DNA of 64,000 bases, from positions 786,123-850,122 of the forward strand of contig JADJWF010000011.1 of the NCBI GenBank assembly GCA_016716505.1, written 5' to 3'. The position numbers and the translations under genes were made by a program. The stretch comes from Verrucomicrobiota bacterium (lineage in GTDB: Bacteria > Verrucomicrobiota > Verrucomicrobiia > Limisphaerales > J093). A model generated the notes under the pieces. That model saw only the letters and a program-made list of their open reading frames with translations, did no database searches and was not told where the DNA came from. Position 1 is the stretch's first letter; each line of letters begins with the position of its first letter. Shown piece after piece: positions 26,901 through 35,600 of this stretch.

Positions 26901-27440
26901 ATCCCACGAGAGGCGCTCGAACTTGTCCGTGCCGCGCGAGTCGAACTTGTATTTGGCCTTGAGTTCCTTGGTGAGCAGCGGGAAGCCGTCATCGGCCCAG
27001 CGTTTCCAGCCGCGGCGGACGATGGGGTGCTTGAGGCGATACGGCCCGTAAAGGATGCGGTGAAAGGTGTAGCCCTTGGCGCAATGGCGGTTGCCCCAGT
27101 TGGGCGAGGCGTGGTTGCCGTAGAGGTCCTGGTAGGTGTGGATGTCGAACTCTTCGCCGAGGCGAACGATGACGCCGTTGCGCACGTGGGCCGTGATGCG
27201 GCAGTTGTGCGTGTCGTTCGGCGCGCACACCCACGAGAACTGACGATCGTAGGCGTATTGATTGCGGTAGAGCTTCTCCCAGTCGCGGTTCGGGTAATGC
27301 GCGAGGGGGTTGGCGACGTCCTCGGCGGGCTGGGCCTGGAGGAAGCGCAGCGGGAGGAACTGGGCGGCGGTAATGCCCGCGCCGACAAGGCCGCTGCGCT
27401 GGAGAAACGCGCGGCGGGAGAGGGAAGAGTCGTTGCTCAT
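23958..27440 (-). CDS. Type II DMSO-reductase-family molybdopterin alpha subunit, Tat-exported, NxrA-like (periplasmic nitrite oxidoreductase/nitrate reductase type)
   Basis: Start at ATG 27440: MSNDSSLSRRAFLQRSGLVGAGITAAQFLPLRFLQA (twin-arginine signal). 1160 aa. N-terminal Fe-S motif WVCAPNDTHNCRI...NRHCAKGYTF. Large molybdopterin oxidoreductase body. Substrate not determinable by eye. Confidence 0.9.
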   Translation of the reverse strand: MSNDSSLSRRAFLQRSGLVGAGITAAQFLPLRFLQAQPAEDVANPLAHYPNRDWEKLYRNQYAYDRQFSWVCAPNDTHNCRITAHVRNGVIVRLGEEFDIHTYQDLYGNHASPNWGNRHCAKGYTFHRILYGPYRLKHPIVRRGWKRWADDGFPLLTKELKAKYKFDSRGTDKFERLSWDQAFDYIARATMAIAKRYSGEAGAKLLAEQGYEPEMIQEMGGAGTRTIKMRGGMGLLGVLGKYGMYRLCNSLALLDVHVRGVKPEEAKAGRNWSNYTWHGDQAPGQPWVHGLQNADCDFNDLRTSKLLVMNGKNLVENKLTDAHWFVEAMERGCKIVVIAPEYGAPSTKADYWIPVRPATDAALWLGVTRVMIENKWYDEAFVKQFTDFPLLIRTDNLKRLRAAEVFPNYTSRLADDGPSKKVQGLTDEQHQKLGDFVVWDAMTNSPKALTRDMVGATMARASIDPQLDFRGRVKLADGSEVEVATSWNLYQVHLKDYDLDTVSEITSAPKDLIERLAKDLATIQPAAIHQGEGIAHWFHATEANRAAHLPLLLTGNIGKPGAGCYHWAGNYKAALFQGSKLTGPGFKGWVAEDPFAPNLDPKAHGRDVHAHGYTKDEEPAYWNHGDRPLIVNTPKEGRKNFTGKTHMPTPTKAIFTTNVNLINNAKWAYGVIKNVNPNVELIVTLETQMTASVEYSDFGLPANSWVEFQDLEVTASCSNPFLQIWKGGIKPLYDSKDDLSILAGIAAALGKVTGDQRFRDYFHFELTGQRKVYLQRLLDTSTTTAGYKVEDIMAGKYGPPGGALMLFRSYPRIPFYEQVHDNYPFYTDTGRLHSYTDDPTALACGENFIVHREGPEATPYLPNVIVSSNPLVRPNDYGIPLDAEHWDERTVRNVKLPWPEVKKTKNFLWEKGFQFYCLTPKSRHSVHSSWANVDWHLIWNSNFGDPYRVDKRLPNVGEHQLHMNPQAARDLGLADGDYVYVDANPADRPYLGATPSDPFYKVSRLMLRLTYNAAYPYNVVMMKHGSFIATEKTVKAQQTRPDGLSLTEEGYISNFRFGSQQSVTRNWHMPMHQTDTLFHKAKVAMAFIFGGEADNHAVNTVPKECLVRVTKAEDGGLGGKGPWKPGLNGMSPDAENDKMKKYLAGNFVGKGEGGGGETFE

Positions 27441-27478
27441 AGATTGGTCGGGTTGGTGGGATCGCTCGCCGTGCAAAT

Positions 27479-29041
27479 TCAGTCGAGCACGAGCTGATAC
27501 CAGTTGCTCACCATCTTGCGGCCGTTGCGGTCGCCCTGCTCGCCGTTCCAGACGGCGAAGGCGACGGGCACGGATTTGCCGGCGGCGAATTGCACGTCGT
27601 CCTGGTCGTTTGACTTGAGGTCGCGGATGAAGACGACGTTCCAGAAGCCGGCGTGCCAGAGGCCCTTGCCGGCGACGTTTTGCTGGGCCAGCGGCTGCGA
27701 GGTGAACGAGCCGAAGCCGCGCGCGTTGGCGTCCTCGATGGGCGACTTGTGCGGCTGGGCGAGGATGTTTCCGGCACTGGTGGCGGTGGCGAACTGGCGT
27801 TCGGGTTGGAAATAAGTGTCCACGTGCATGGCCTGGTAGGCGTCGCGCATTTCGGGGAGGTCACCGCCGGCTTCCATCTGCCAGCCGGCTTTCCATTGCC
27901 AGAGGTTGACGGGGTTTTGGGCGTCGCCCATGCCGAGGAAGCCGTAGCGACCGGACAGCGAGAACTGCAGCGCGGCGGCGTCCTGGAAATCCTGCACGCG
28001 GATGGTGGTGTTGTGCGGGAGTTCATCGCGCCATTGAAGCAGGACGGCGAGTTTGTTGCCGTCGGTGACCGCGGAAACGGCCACGGCATAAACCTGATTC
28101 GGCTCGGGCCAGAGCGGATTCAGCGGCACGCGCACCGGGTCGAGCGATTCCCAAGCAGCGTCCATCGGCTCGGAGGGCAGGCTCGCGACATGCCGGACGT
28201 GGATGGCATTGTCCTCGGGCGCGAGCAGGTCGTTGACGGCAACATCGGTGCGGCGGAGGGACTGGACGTAGTGAACAAGCGCCCAGCGTTCGGCGGGTTT
28301 GAGCACGTCATCGCCGTAGGGAACCATGGGCGTGCCGGGCAGGCCGTTGTGGATGCGGAGGTAGAGGTCTCGCCCGGTGTGGCCGCCGCGGAAAAGGCCG
28401 GTGTTGAAATCACGCGGGCGGACGGGCAGGCCAGCAGCGTCCTTGAGCGTGGGGACTTGGGGCCCGTCGCCCGCGCCGGTTTCGCCGTGGCAAAGGTTGC
28501 ACTGCATTTTCTGGTAGATTTGGCGACCGAGGGCGAGTTCCTCGACGCCGGCCGCGGGTTCGGGCGGGACAATGACGGGCTGGGCGAGCTGGCCGCTGGC
28601 GGCGGCTTCGTCGAAGAGGTTCACCCGCCTGCCCGAGGCATCGGTGCGCGCGGTGAGGAACTTGACGTACTGCACGACGTCGCTTCGCTCCTTCTCGGAA
28701 AGGTGGGAAAAGCTCGGCATGGAACTTCCCGGGAGGCCGCGAATGATGGATTGATGCAAGTCGTCATCGGAGGGCAGGTCCACGCCCGGGGTGGACTTGA
28801 TTTTGAACTGTCCGGCGCTGAAGTTCCGCGGTCGCGGGTAGAGCCAGACCGAGGCCGGTCCATTGCCGTCGCCCGTGAGCCCGTGGCAGGCGGCACAATG
28901 CTGTTCATAGACGACGCGTCCACCAGCCAGAGACTCCGCCGGAGCCGCGAGGGGAGACGACGCGTGGGCAGCACCCGGTTCGAATGCTGCGACCGATACG
29001 AAGGCCAAACCGGACAGGCACGGCAGCGCTCTCTTCATCAT
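27479..29041 (-). CDS. Gamma-type subunit: dihaem cytochrome c fused to an EB_dh (ethylbenzene-dehydrogenase gamma / haem-b, DOMON-like) domain
   Basis: Start at MMKRALPCLSGLAFVSVAAFEPGAAHA (ATG 29041, Sec signal). CAACHGLTGDG and CNLCHGETGAGDG (two class-I-like cytochrome c modules). The C-terminal 230 aa or so, ...AVLLQWRDE...AALQFSL...NLWQWKAGW...VAFAVWNGEQGDRNGRKMVSNWYQLVL, are typical of the EB_dh family. Confidence 0.85.
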   Translation of the reverse strand: MMKRALPCLSGLAFVSVAAFEPGAAHASSPLAAPAESLAGGRVVYEQHCAACHGLTGDGNGPASVWLYPRPRNFSAGQFKIKSTPGVDLPSDDDLHQSIIRGLPGSSMPSFSHLSEKERSDVVQYVKFLTARTDASGRRVNLFDEAAASGQLAQPVIVPPEPAAGVEELALGRQIYQKMQCNLCHGETGAGDGPQVPTLKDAAGLPVRPRDFNTGLFRGGHTGRDLYLRIHNGLPGTPMVPYGDDVLKPAERWALVHYVQSLRRTDVAVNDLLAPEDNAIHVRHVASLPSEPMDAAWESLDPVRVPLNPLWPEPNQVYAVAVSAVTDGNKLAVLLQWRDELPHNTTIRVQDFQDAAALQFSLSGRYGFLGMGDAQNPVNLWQWKAGWQMEAGGDLPEMRDAYQAMHVDTYFQPERQFATATSAGNILAQPHKSPIEDANARGFGSFTSQPLAQQNVAGKGLWHAGFWNVVFIRDLKSNDQDDVQFAAGKSVPVAFAVWNGEQGDRNGRKMVSNWYQLVLD

Positions 29042-29171
29042 TGGAATGATAAATATCCGGGCCGCTGATGCCGCCTTGACCCGAGTCACGAAATTTCTCG
29101 GTGAACACCTTTGAGCCCCTCAGGGGAATGGTTCCGAGGCCGGGCAGCTCTCCCGCACAGTTGATGCCCAC

Positions 29172-32100
29172 TCAGCGCCGGGGAAGCGACGCGCGATTGC
29201 CGCGGTTGCGATAGAGCTTGGTCGCCGCGCCGTTCTGGGCAACCGCGAGGTCGGGCCATCCGTCGCCATCGAAGTCGGCGGCGGCGCAGCCTCGCTGTTC
29301 GCCGTAGATGGCGATGCCAGACTCCTGCCCCGGCACGGCTTCAAACGTCCCATCACCCCGCCCGCGCAGCCAGAGGCCGCGTCCGGCATCCAGGCGCCAC
29401 GCCTCGCTCGGCAACGCGAAAAAGTTTTGACTCAAGAACACGTCGGGCCGGCCATCGCGATCGAAGTCCGCCACGCAGGCGCCCATCGCCGGGGCGAACT
29501 GCGCCTCCCTGGGAAGCGGACGAATTTCGAAGCGCCCGCCCCGATTCAAGAAGACTTGCGATGCGAGCGTGGTGGCGCGTAGCACGAAGGTCTTCGTGAG
29601 ATCACTTCCCAGGATGCGTTCCACTCCGGCTTCACTAAATGCGCGGTGCGTTGGGAACCGCTCTTGGACGGCCGGCCATGCCCCACCCAATTCCTCCCGC
29701 GTGCGTAGGGGCAGCGTGCGGCCGGTCGTCGGATCGAATCGCGCCTCGATGATCTCGGTCACGCCATCCCCGCTGAAGTCGCCGCAATAGGCCAGCCACG
29801 GCCGTTCGGGCGATGCCTGGCGCACGCTGTTCTCGCCCCAGTTGCCCGCGAGGAGGTCCGGCCGCCCGTCGCCGTCGAAGTCGCCCGCGACCACGCCTTG
29901 CCATAACCCCAGCAGCCCGGCGGTGCCGAAGACTTCGCTGGCGTCGGTGAACCGTCCGCGCTCGTTGCGGAAAATGCGCACGGGGCCCCACTCGACCGCG
30001 AGCACCAGTTCGGGCAAGCCGTCGCCCGTCAGGTCCACGAAGGTTGCGCCAGAAACCAGCCCGGCTGATGCGAACGGACGCGATGCATCCGCGTCAGCCA
30101 CCAGCCGGCCCTCGCGATGGATCCACAGGACGCCGGGGTTGGCGGCGGGATAAAGTCCGGGAATCGCGCCCCCGGCGGTGAAGACGTCGTGGTCGCCGTC
30201 ACCATCCACGTCCGCGACTGCCAGAGTTCCCGAGCCGCCGGCACCGATGGCGGGCAGAGTCTCGACGACAGCGATTGAATTTGCGGTTCCCCCGCCCGCC
30301 AGCAGCCAGGCGGCCGGCAGATTCGTCTGCGGCGTTTCGTATTGGGCGAGGCCCAGGATGAGGTGTGCCTTGTCCCCGAGGGGCAGAGCCGCGACCGCCG
30401 GGGCATCGTCGGGCAAGGCGGGAAGCCCGGTGATGCCAAGCGGCTCGAAGCGTTTCCCACTCCAGCGAAAAACCGCCGGCTGACCGCCCCGGCTGCCCCC
30501 GATCGCCAATTCCGGGCGGTTGTCGCCGTCCAGATCCAGCCAGGCTACGCCGGGACCACGCTGGCTGAGTTTGCGGGGCAGGAGGGGCTGGCGGGCGAAA
30601 TCGTCGAAGGGCTGTTCCACGTGAACGTGTCCCAGCAGATGGCTCACGTCTTCAAAGCGCGGCTCGCCGGCGGGGGCCGGCCCGCCGCCTGCCACGGCCG
30701 GCGCAGCGGAGGGTTCCTCGATCTCGTAGCATCGGTTGGCGACCACTCGGGGCACCGTTGTGGTGTGCCCGCTGCGCCAGACGACCTCGATCCTCATCTG
30801 ATTGGTGAGCCGGCCGGCGGCGAAGACCCGCATCGCGTCATCGCCCGAGACGTAGCGCCCTCCGGACACGATCTCCTGAGTTTGCTCCGGCACCGCGCCG
30901 CCAAGAAGGCGGACGCGCGCCCCGATGCCCTGCGTGTTGGGGGCGAGGCCATTCAACCGCACCGCCACGCGCGGGGCCGGACTGTCGTTGCGGAGCAACA
31001 GCGGCGCGGCGCGCAGGCAGTTCACGACGGCGTCCAGGTCACCGTCGTTGTCGAGGTCGGCCAGGGCCATGCCGTTGGACACGAGCTTGGAATCAAAGCC
31101 CCACGCGCGGCCGGTTTCCTCGAACCGCAGGTTCCCCAGATTGCGAAACGCGCGGTTCGGCGTCGCGGCCCGCGGGAATCGCTCGAGTTTCATGCCGGCG
31201 GCACGGGCATCGCGGCTGGGGCCGCCCTGCAGGGAGTCAAGGTCCAGCAGATCATGCGTCGGGCCGGTGGGAATCAGCACGTCCTCGAAGCCGTCGAGAT
31301 CCACGTCCACGAACAGCGGCAGCCAGGACCAGTCACTCGCGGCGAGGCCGGCGTACCAAGCGACCTCGGCGAACGTCCCGTCACCGCGGCCGAGGAACAG
31401 GGTGTTGCGCCCGGCCTGTGGCCACGCGGTCCCGAGGCCGGGAAGGGGAGGACGCGGTTCATCGGGAGTCATTTGCCGCAGGCGTTCCGCGGGGTCGCGA
31501 CTCAGCATTTCGACCACGAGAAAATCCAGATGGCCATCGCGGTCGAGGTCGGCGAAATCCACTCCCATCGCCGCATAGCTGGACTTGCGGAGGGCCATGG
31601 CCGGCAGCGCGCGAAACCGCCCGCGGCCGTCGTTGACCCACGCGCGGTCCGGGGTGTGGAAGTCGTTGCACACGTAAATGTCCGGCGCGCCGTCGCCGGA
31701 AAAGTCGCGCATCTGCACAGCGAGTCCCCAGTCCCACGGGGCCGGCAGCGGCTCGCCATTTTCGTCGGCGAAGTGCTCCGTCCATGACGCGGCGGCGAAA
31801 CGGCCCCGTCCGTCGTTGAGGTAGAGCGTATCCGGCTCGCCGAACTCGACCAGCTTGCCGTCCACGAACTTGAGCCGGTTCGCCATGCGACCCACGACGA
31901 CCGGCCGGCCGTTGACCAGCCGTGTGGCGATGTTGCCGCCGTCTCGCAGGACAGACTCGACCGCGAAGTTGGCCACGTACAGATCGAGGTCGCCGTCGCC
32001 GTCCACGTCGGCCAGCGCCAGCGAGAGGCTTCCCGCCCTGGATGCCAGGCCGGCGTCGGCGGTGGTTTCGGTGAACCGACCGCGGCCGTCGTTGGTGAAC

Positions 32101-32624
32101 AATCGCACCCCGGCGCCCGTCGCGGTCACGAGCAGGTCGAGGTCGCTGTCGCCGTCCACGTCGGCCAGGGCCGCGCCGCGCGAGAGCTGGCCGGCGCAGG
32201 CGACGCCGGCGGCTGCGGTGATGTCCGTGAAGCGCCAGTTGCCAAGGTTCCGGTAGAGCGCGTTGCCGCCTTCGAGGTTGCAGAGGTAGATGTCGCACCA
32301 GCCGTCGCCGTCCACGTCGCCCAGCGCGACCCCCGCACCGCTCATCAGCGCGGTGTTGCGGTTCAACGTGGCGTCGGAAAGCTGGTTGGTGAAGGCGATG
32401 CCCGCCGCAACGGGATCGAGGGCGGTGAAGCCGGCCCGCCCCGCGCCGATCGGCGTCACTTCCCGGAAACGACCTCCGGAAAAGGCCGCCCATGAGTCAA
32501 CGGTTGCGCCCGATGCCGAAAGCGCCGTGGCGGCCAGCGTGGCGAAGGTCAGCCCGGCGGCGTGGTTCGCGGAATAGATCAGGTCAGCCAGCCGGAGTCG
32601 GGGCCGGCGCGACGGCTGGCTCAC
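29172..32624 (-). CDS. CRTAC1-family protein (FG-GAP/VCBS repeats + ASPIC/UnbV), secreted
   Basis: 1150 aa, GTG start 32624 overlapping the upstream paralogue stop. Many ...DVDGDGWxDIYLCN / FxNxGxGRF repeats and two UnbV-like segments (GIGARVRL...QEIVSGGRYVSGDD; GCAAADFDGDGWPDL). Confidence 0.85.
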   Translation of the reverse strand: MSQPSRRPRLRLADLIYSANHAAGLTFATLAATALSASGATVDSWAAFSGGRFREVTPIGAGRAGFTALDPVAAGIAFTNQLSDATLNRNTALMSGAGVALGDVDGDGWCDIYLCNLEGGNALYRNLGNWRFTDITAAAGVACAGQLSRGAALADVDGDSDLDLLVTATGAGVRLFTNDGRGRFTETTADAGLASRAGSLSLALADVDGDGDLDLYVANFAVESVLRDGGNIATRLVNGRPVVVGRMANRLKFVDGKLVEFGEPDTLYLNDGRGRFAAASWTEHFADENGEPLPAPWDWGLAVQMRDFSGDGAPDIYVCNDFHTPDRAWVNDGRGRFRALPAMALRKSSYAAMGVDFADLDRDGHLDFLVVEMLSRDPAERLRQMTPDEPRPPLPGLGTAWPQAGRNTLFLGRGDGTFAEVAWYAGLAASDWSWLPLFVDVDLDGFEDVLIPTGPTHDLLDLDSLQGGPSRDARAAGMKLERFPRAATPNRAFRNLGNLRFEETGRAWGFDSKLVSNGMALADLDNDGDLDAVVNCLRAAPLLLRNDSPAPRVAVRLNGLAPNTQGIGARVRLLGGAVPEQTQEIVSGGRYVSGDDAMRVFAAGRLTNQMRIEVVWRSGHTTTVPRVVANRCYEIEEPSAAPAVAGGGPAPAGEPRFEDVSHLLGHVHVEQPFDDFARQPLLPRKLSQRGPGVAWLDLDGDNRPELAIGGSRGGQPAVFRWSGKRFEPLGITGLPALPDDAPAVAALPLGDKAHLILGLAQYETPQTNLPAAWLLAGGGTANSIAVVETLPAIGAGGSGTLAVADVDGDGDHDVFTAGGAIPGLYPAANPGVLWIHREGRLVADADASRPFASAGLVSGATFVDLTGDGLPELVLAVEWGPVRIFRNERGRFTDASEVFGTAGLLGLWQGVVAGDFDGDGRPDLLAGNWGENSVRQASPERPWLAYCGDFSGDGVTEIIEARFDPTTGRTLPLRTREELGGAWPAVQERFPTHRAFSEAGVERILGSDLTKTFVLRATTLASQVFLNRGGRFEIRPLPREAQFAPAMGACVADFDRDGRPDVFLSQNFFALPSEAWRLDAGRGLWLRGRGDGTFEAVPGQESGIAIYGEQRGCAAADFDGDGWPDLAVAQNGAATKLYRNRGNRASLPRR

Positions 32625-35600
32625 GGTTTGACCTCCAGTTGGCCCGAGGCGTGCGCGATCACCTCGCGGGCGTCTGGCGGCAGGCGGTAATCACGGACTT
32701 CACCGCCGGGCCAGCGGACTTGCAGCGCCGTGGGTGGCTCCGGTGCCGCGAGCACCTGGACGAAGCCATCCTGCGACCAGTAGCCGCCGCCAGCACGGAC
32801 TTCGCGAACCGGTCCCCGTCGCTCGCCGAAGGCCAAACGGAGCGTGGCCCCGACGCCCGCAGGATTTGTCGGGCTACCGGCCAGCCGCACGCGCAGGCCG
32901 GGCTTCGCACCGACATTCCGCAGCAGCACGGTGGCGTCGCCGTGCTGGGTGACGACCAGGTCCGCGCGGCCGTCGCCATCGTAGTCCGCTGTCGCCGCGC
33001 CGCGTTGTTCCTCATAGATGGCGACGCCGCTGTCCTGCCCTCGCAGAGCGGCGAATCCGCCCTGCCCGTCGCCGAGGAGCAGCAGTCCCCGCCCCGCATC
33101 AAGCCGCGCGTCTTCGGGCCGGACGCCAAAGAAGCCCTGCGCGATGAACAGATCCTCCCGTCCGTCGCCGTCGAAATCGCCGACGACCAACCCGAAGGCG
33201 GGCGCGAGCTGAGCTTCGAGGGGCAGACGACGCGACTCGAAACGATCTCCCCGGTTCAGGAAAACGTACGACGCGAGTTGGCGGGCTTCGAGACGTCGCG
33301 GCGCGGGGGTTCGCCCGGCCAGCAGTTCGGCCACCGTCGCGCGCGAGTAGGCGAGATGGGTTGGGTATTTCGCGCGCAACCACGGCAAGTCGGTTTCGAG
33401 GAGAACCATCTGGCGCCACGGCAGCTCGCGTTGCGAAGCCGGATCGAAATACGCCTCCAAAAGGTGGACCTCACCATCGCCGGCGAGGTCACCGTGGTAG
33501 AGCGACCAGGGGCCCGGGGCGACCTGGTGATGCGCGCTGTTCTCGCCCCAGTTGCCGGCGGTCAGATCCAGCCGGCCGTCCCCGTCAAAATCGCCGGTCG
33601 TCACGCTGATCCACCAGCCGGTGATTACCGCGAGGCCAAGAGCCTCCGTCGCCTCGCGGAATCGGCCGCGCTCGTTGCGGAACACGCGCAGCGGCCCCCA
33701 CTCGCACGCCAGCGCCAGGTCCGGCCAGCCGTCCGCGTTCAAATCCGTGAAGACTGCGCTGCTGACCAATCCCGCCGCGCGGAACGGCTCGCTCGCCGCC
33801 GGGTCCGGCTCCAGCCGGCTGTCCGTGTTGCGCAGCAGCCACGAGCCAGCGGACTCCGGGTAGCGGCCCCGAATCAGACGTGCTCCGACAAAACCATCCA
33901 AATCACCATCGCCGTCCCAGTCGGCCAGCACCACCGGACCGGGACTGGCGGGCGGCGGCAGGGGAACCGAACTCGCGGCAAGGTTAAGCGGACGAGGCGA
34001 GGCGAGACCCGGAGGGGATCCCGTGATGGCGGCGGGATCCGTCGCGAAGTCGAGCCGCCGCAGACGGGGCGTTTGCCCGACGGCGGCTTCGTAATGGGCC
34101 TGCCCGGCAAAGAGCGTGACGCCCGCGAGATTCAAGGGCGCGCCCGCCACGGCGGTCGCATCGTCGGTCTGCGGCTCGTTCAGCGCCGGCCAGTCCAGCG
34201 GCGTGAAGCGGCCTTGCCCGTCGTTACGAAAGGCGCCGAGCCGTCCGCCGCGACCCGCCGCCACGAAGAGGTCTTCGCGGCCATCGCCGTCCGCATCGAG
34301 CCACGCCACGCCGGGGCCCAGGGTGCTGAATTTACGGGGCAGGAGTCGCTGCAACGCGAAGTCGTCGAACGGTTCGTCGCGGTGCTGGTGTTTCAGGACG
34401 GCGGAGTCGTCCCGGAAGAGCGGGCCGCCGGGGCGCTCGGGGAGGACCGGTAGCGGGCCGGGCCGGCCGGTGGCGGCAGCCTCGTCGAGTTCGTAAAGAT
34501 GATTGGCCTTCACGCCGCGAACCACCGTGTACCGACCGCTGCGCCAGAAGACCTCAAGGGTCATTTCGCCGCCCGAGTTGCCCGCCGCAAAGACGCGCAC
34601 CGTGTCATCGCCGCTGAGGTAATGGCCGCCGCAGATCATCTCCTTGATCTGAACCGGGGTGGCGCCACCGGTCAGTCGCAGCCAGGCGCCGATGCCGCGG
34701 GTGTTGGGTGGCAGGCCCTTCAGGCGCACGGCCACCCGGGGTGCAGGTGAGTCGTTCCGATAGATGAGCGCCGGTGCGCGGAGGCAGTTCACCACCACGT
34801 CGAGGTCGCCGTCATTGTCGAGATCCGCGAGCGCCAGGCTGTGCGAGACTGCGGGCGAGTCGAAGCCCCACGCCCGGCCGGTTTCCGCGAAGGTCAGGTC
34901 GCCCCGGTTGCGGAAGGCGACGTTGGGAATGCGGAGCAGCGGGAATGCCTCGAGGACCTTTCGTCCGTCTGCCTTCTCGGCCGGCGAAAACTGGGCGGTG
35001 CGTTCGATGGCATCGAGGTCCTGCGTGTCGTAATAGTGGCCGGTGCCGACGAGGATGTCCTCCCGGCCGTCGAGGTCCACGTCCAGACACACGACCGCCC
35101 AAGACCAATCGGAGGCGGCGACGCCCGCGAAGTTCGCTGCCTCGGCGTAGGTGCCGTCGCCGCGATTCAGAAACAGGGCGTTGCGGCGGAACTGCGGCCG
35201 GTCCGGCGCGCTTTCCAGCGTGTGCTCGATCGGCGGGCTGGCGGGCGCCAGTTGCCGCATGCGCAGGTCGTGACGGCGGCTCACCATGTCCGTGTTGAAG
35301 AAGTCGAGCAGGCCGTCGCCGTTGAAGTCCGCAAAGTCGGCGGACATCGAGAAATTCGGCGTGCTGCGAATCGCGTGACGGGGAATCGCCCGAAACCCGC
35401 CCCGGCCATCGCCGAGCCAGAAGCGGTCGGGATTTTGGAAATCATTGCAGACATGGATGTCGGGGTGGCCGTCCTGGTTGATGTCGCGAATCGCCGCCGA
35501 CAGCCCCATGTCCCACAGCTCGGCCGCGAGCGGCGCCCCGGTTTCATCGCGGAAGGCGCCGCCGGTCCACGAGACCTTTGTGAACCGGCCGCGGCCGTCG

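Noticed and set aside
23958-27440. Whether the molybdoenzyme next to the ars island is a respiratory arsenate reductase or arsenite oxidase (Arr/Arx/Aio).
   Set aside because: Its size (1160 aa), the NarH-like 4-cluster beta subunit of 423 aa, the EB_dh gamma subunit and the TorD-like delta subunit fit the type II (Nar/Nxr/Ser/Ebd) architecture. They do not fit ArrAB/ArxAB (alpha of about 850 aa, small beta) or AioAB (Rieske subunit). The ars genes have their own promoters.
29042-29171. A Moco riboswitch or an FNR/CRP-type site upstream of the Mo-enzyme operon.
   Set aside because: I see only fragments (CCGGCCTCGGAACC, AAAGG, a TGAC-N4-GTCA half-palindrome). I do not see the full conserved Moco-motif elements or a TTGAT-N4-ATCAA box. 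A covariance-model scan (Rfam RF01055) would be needed to decide.
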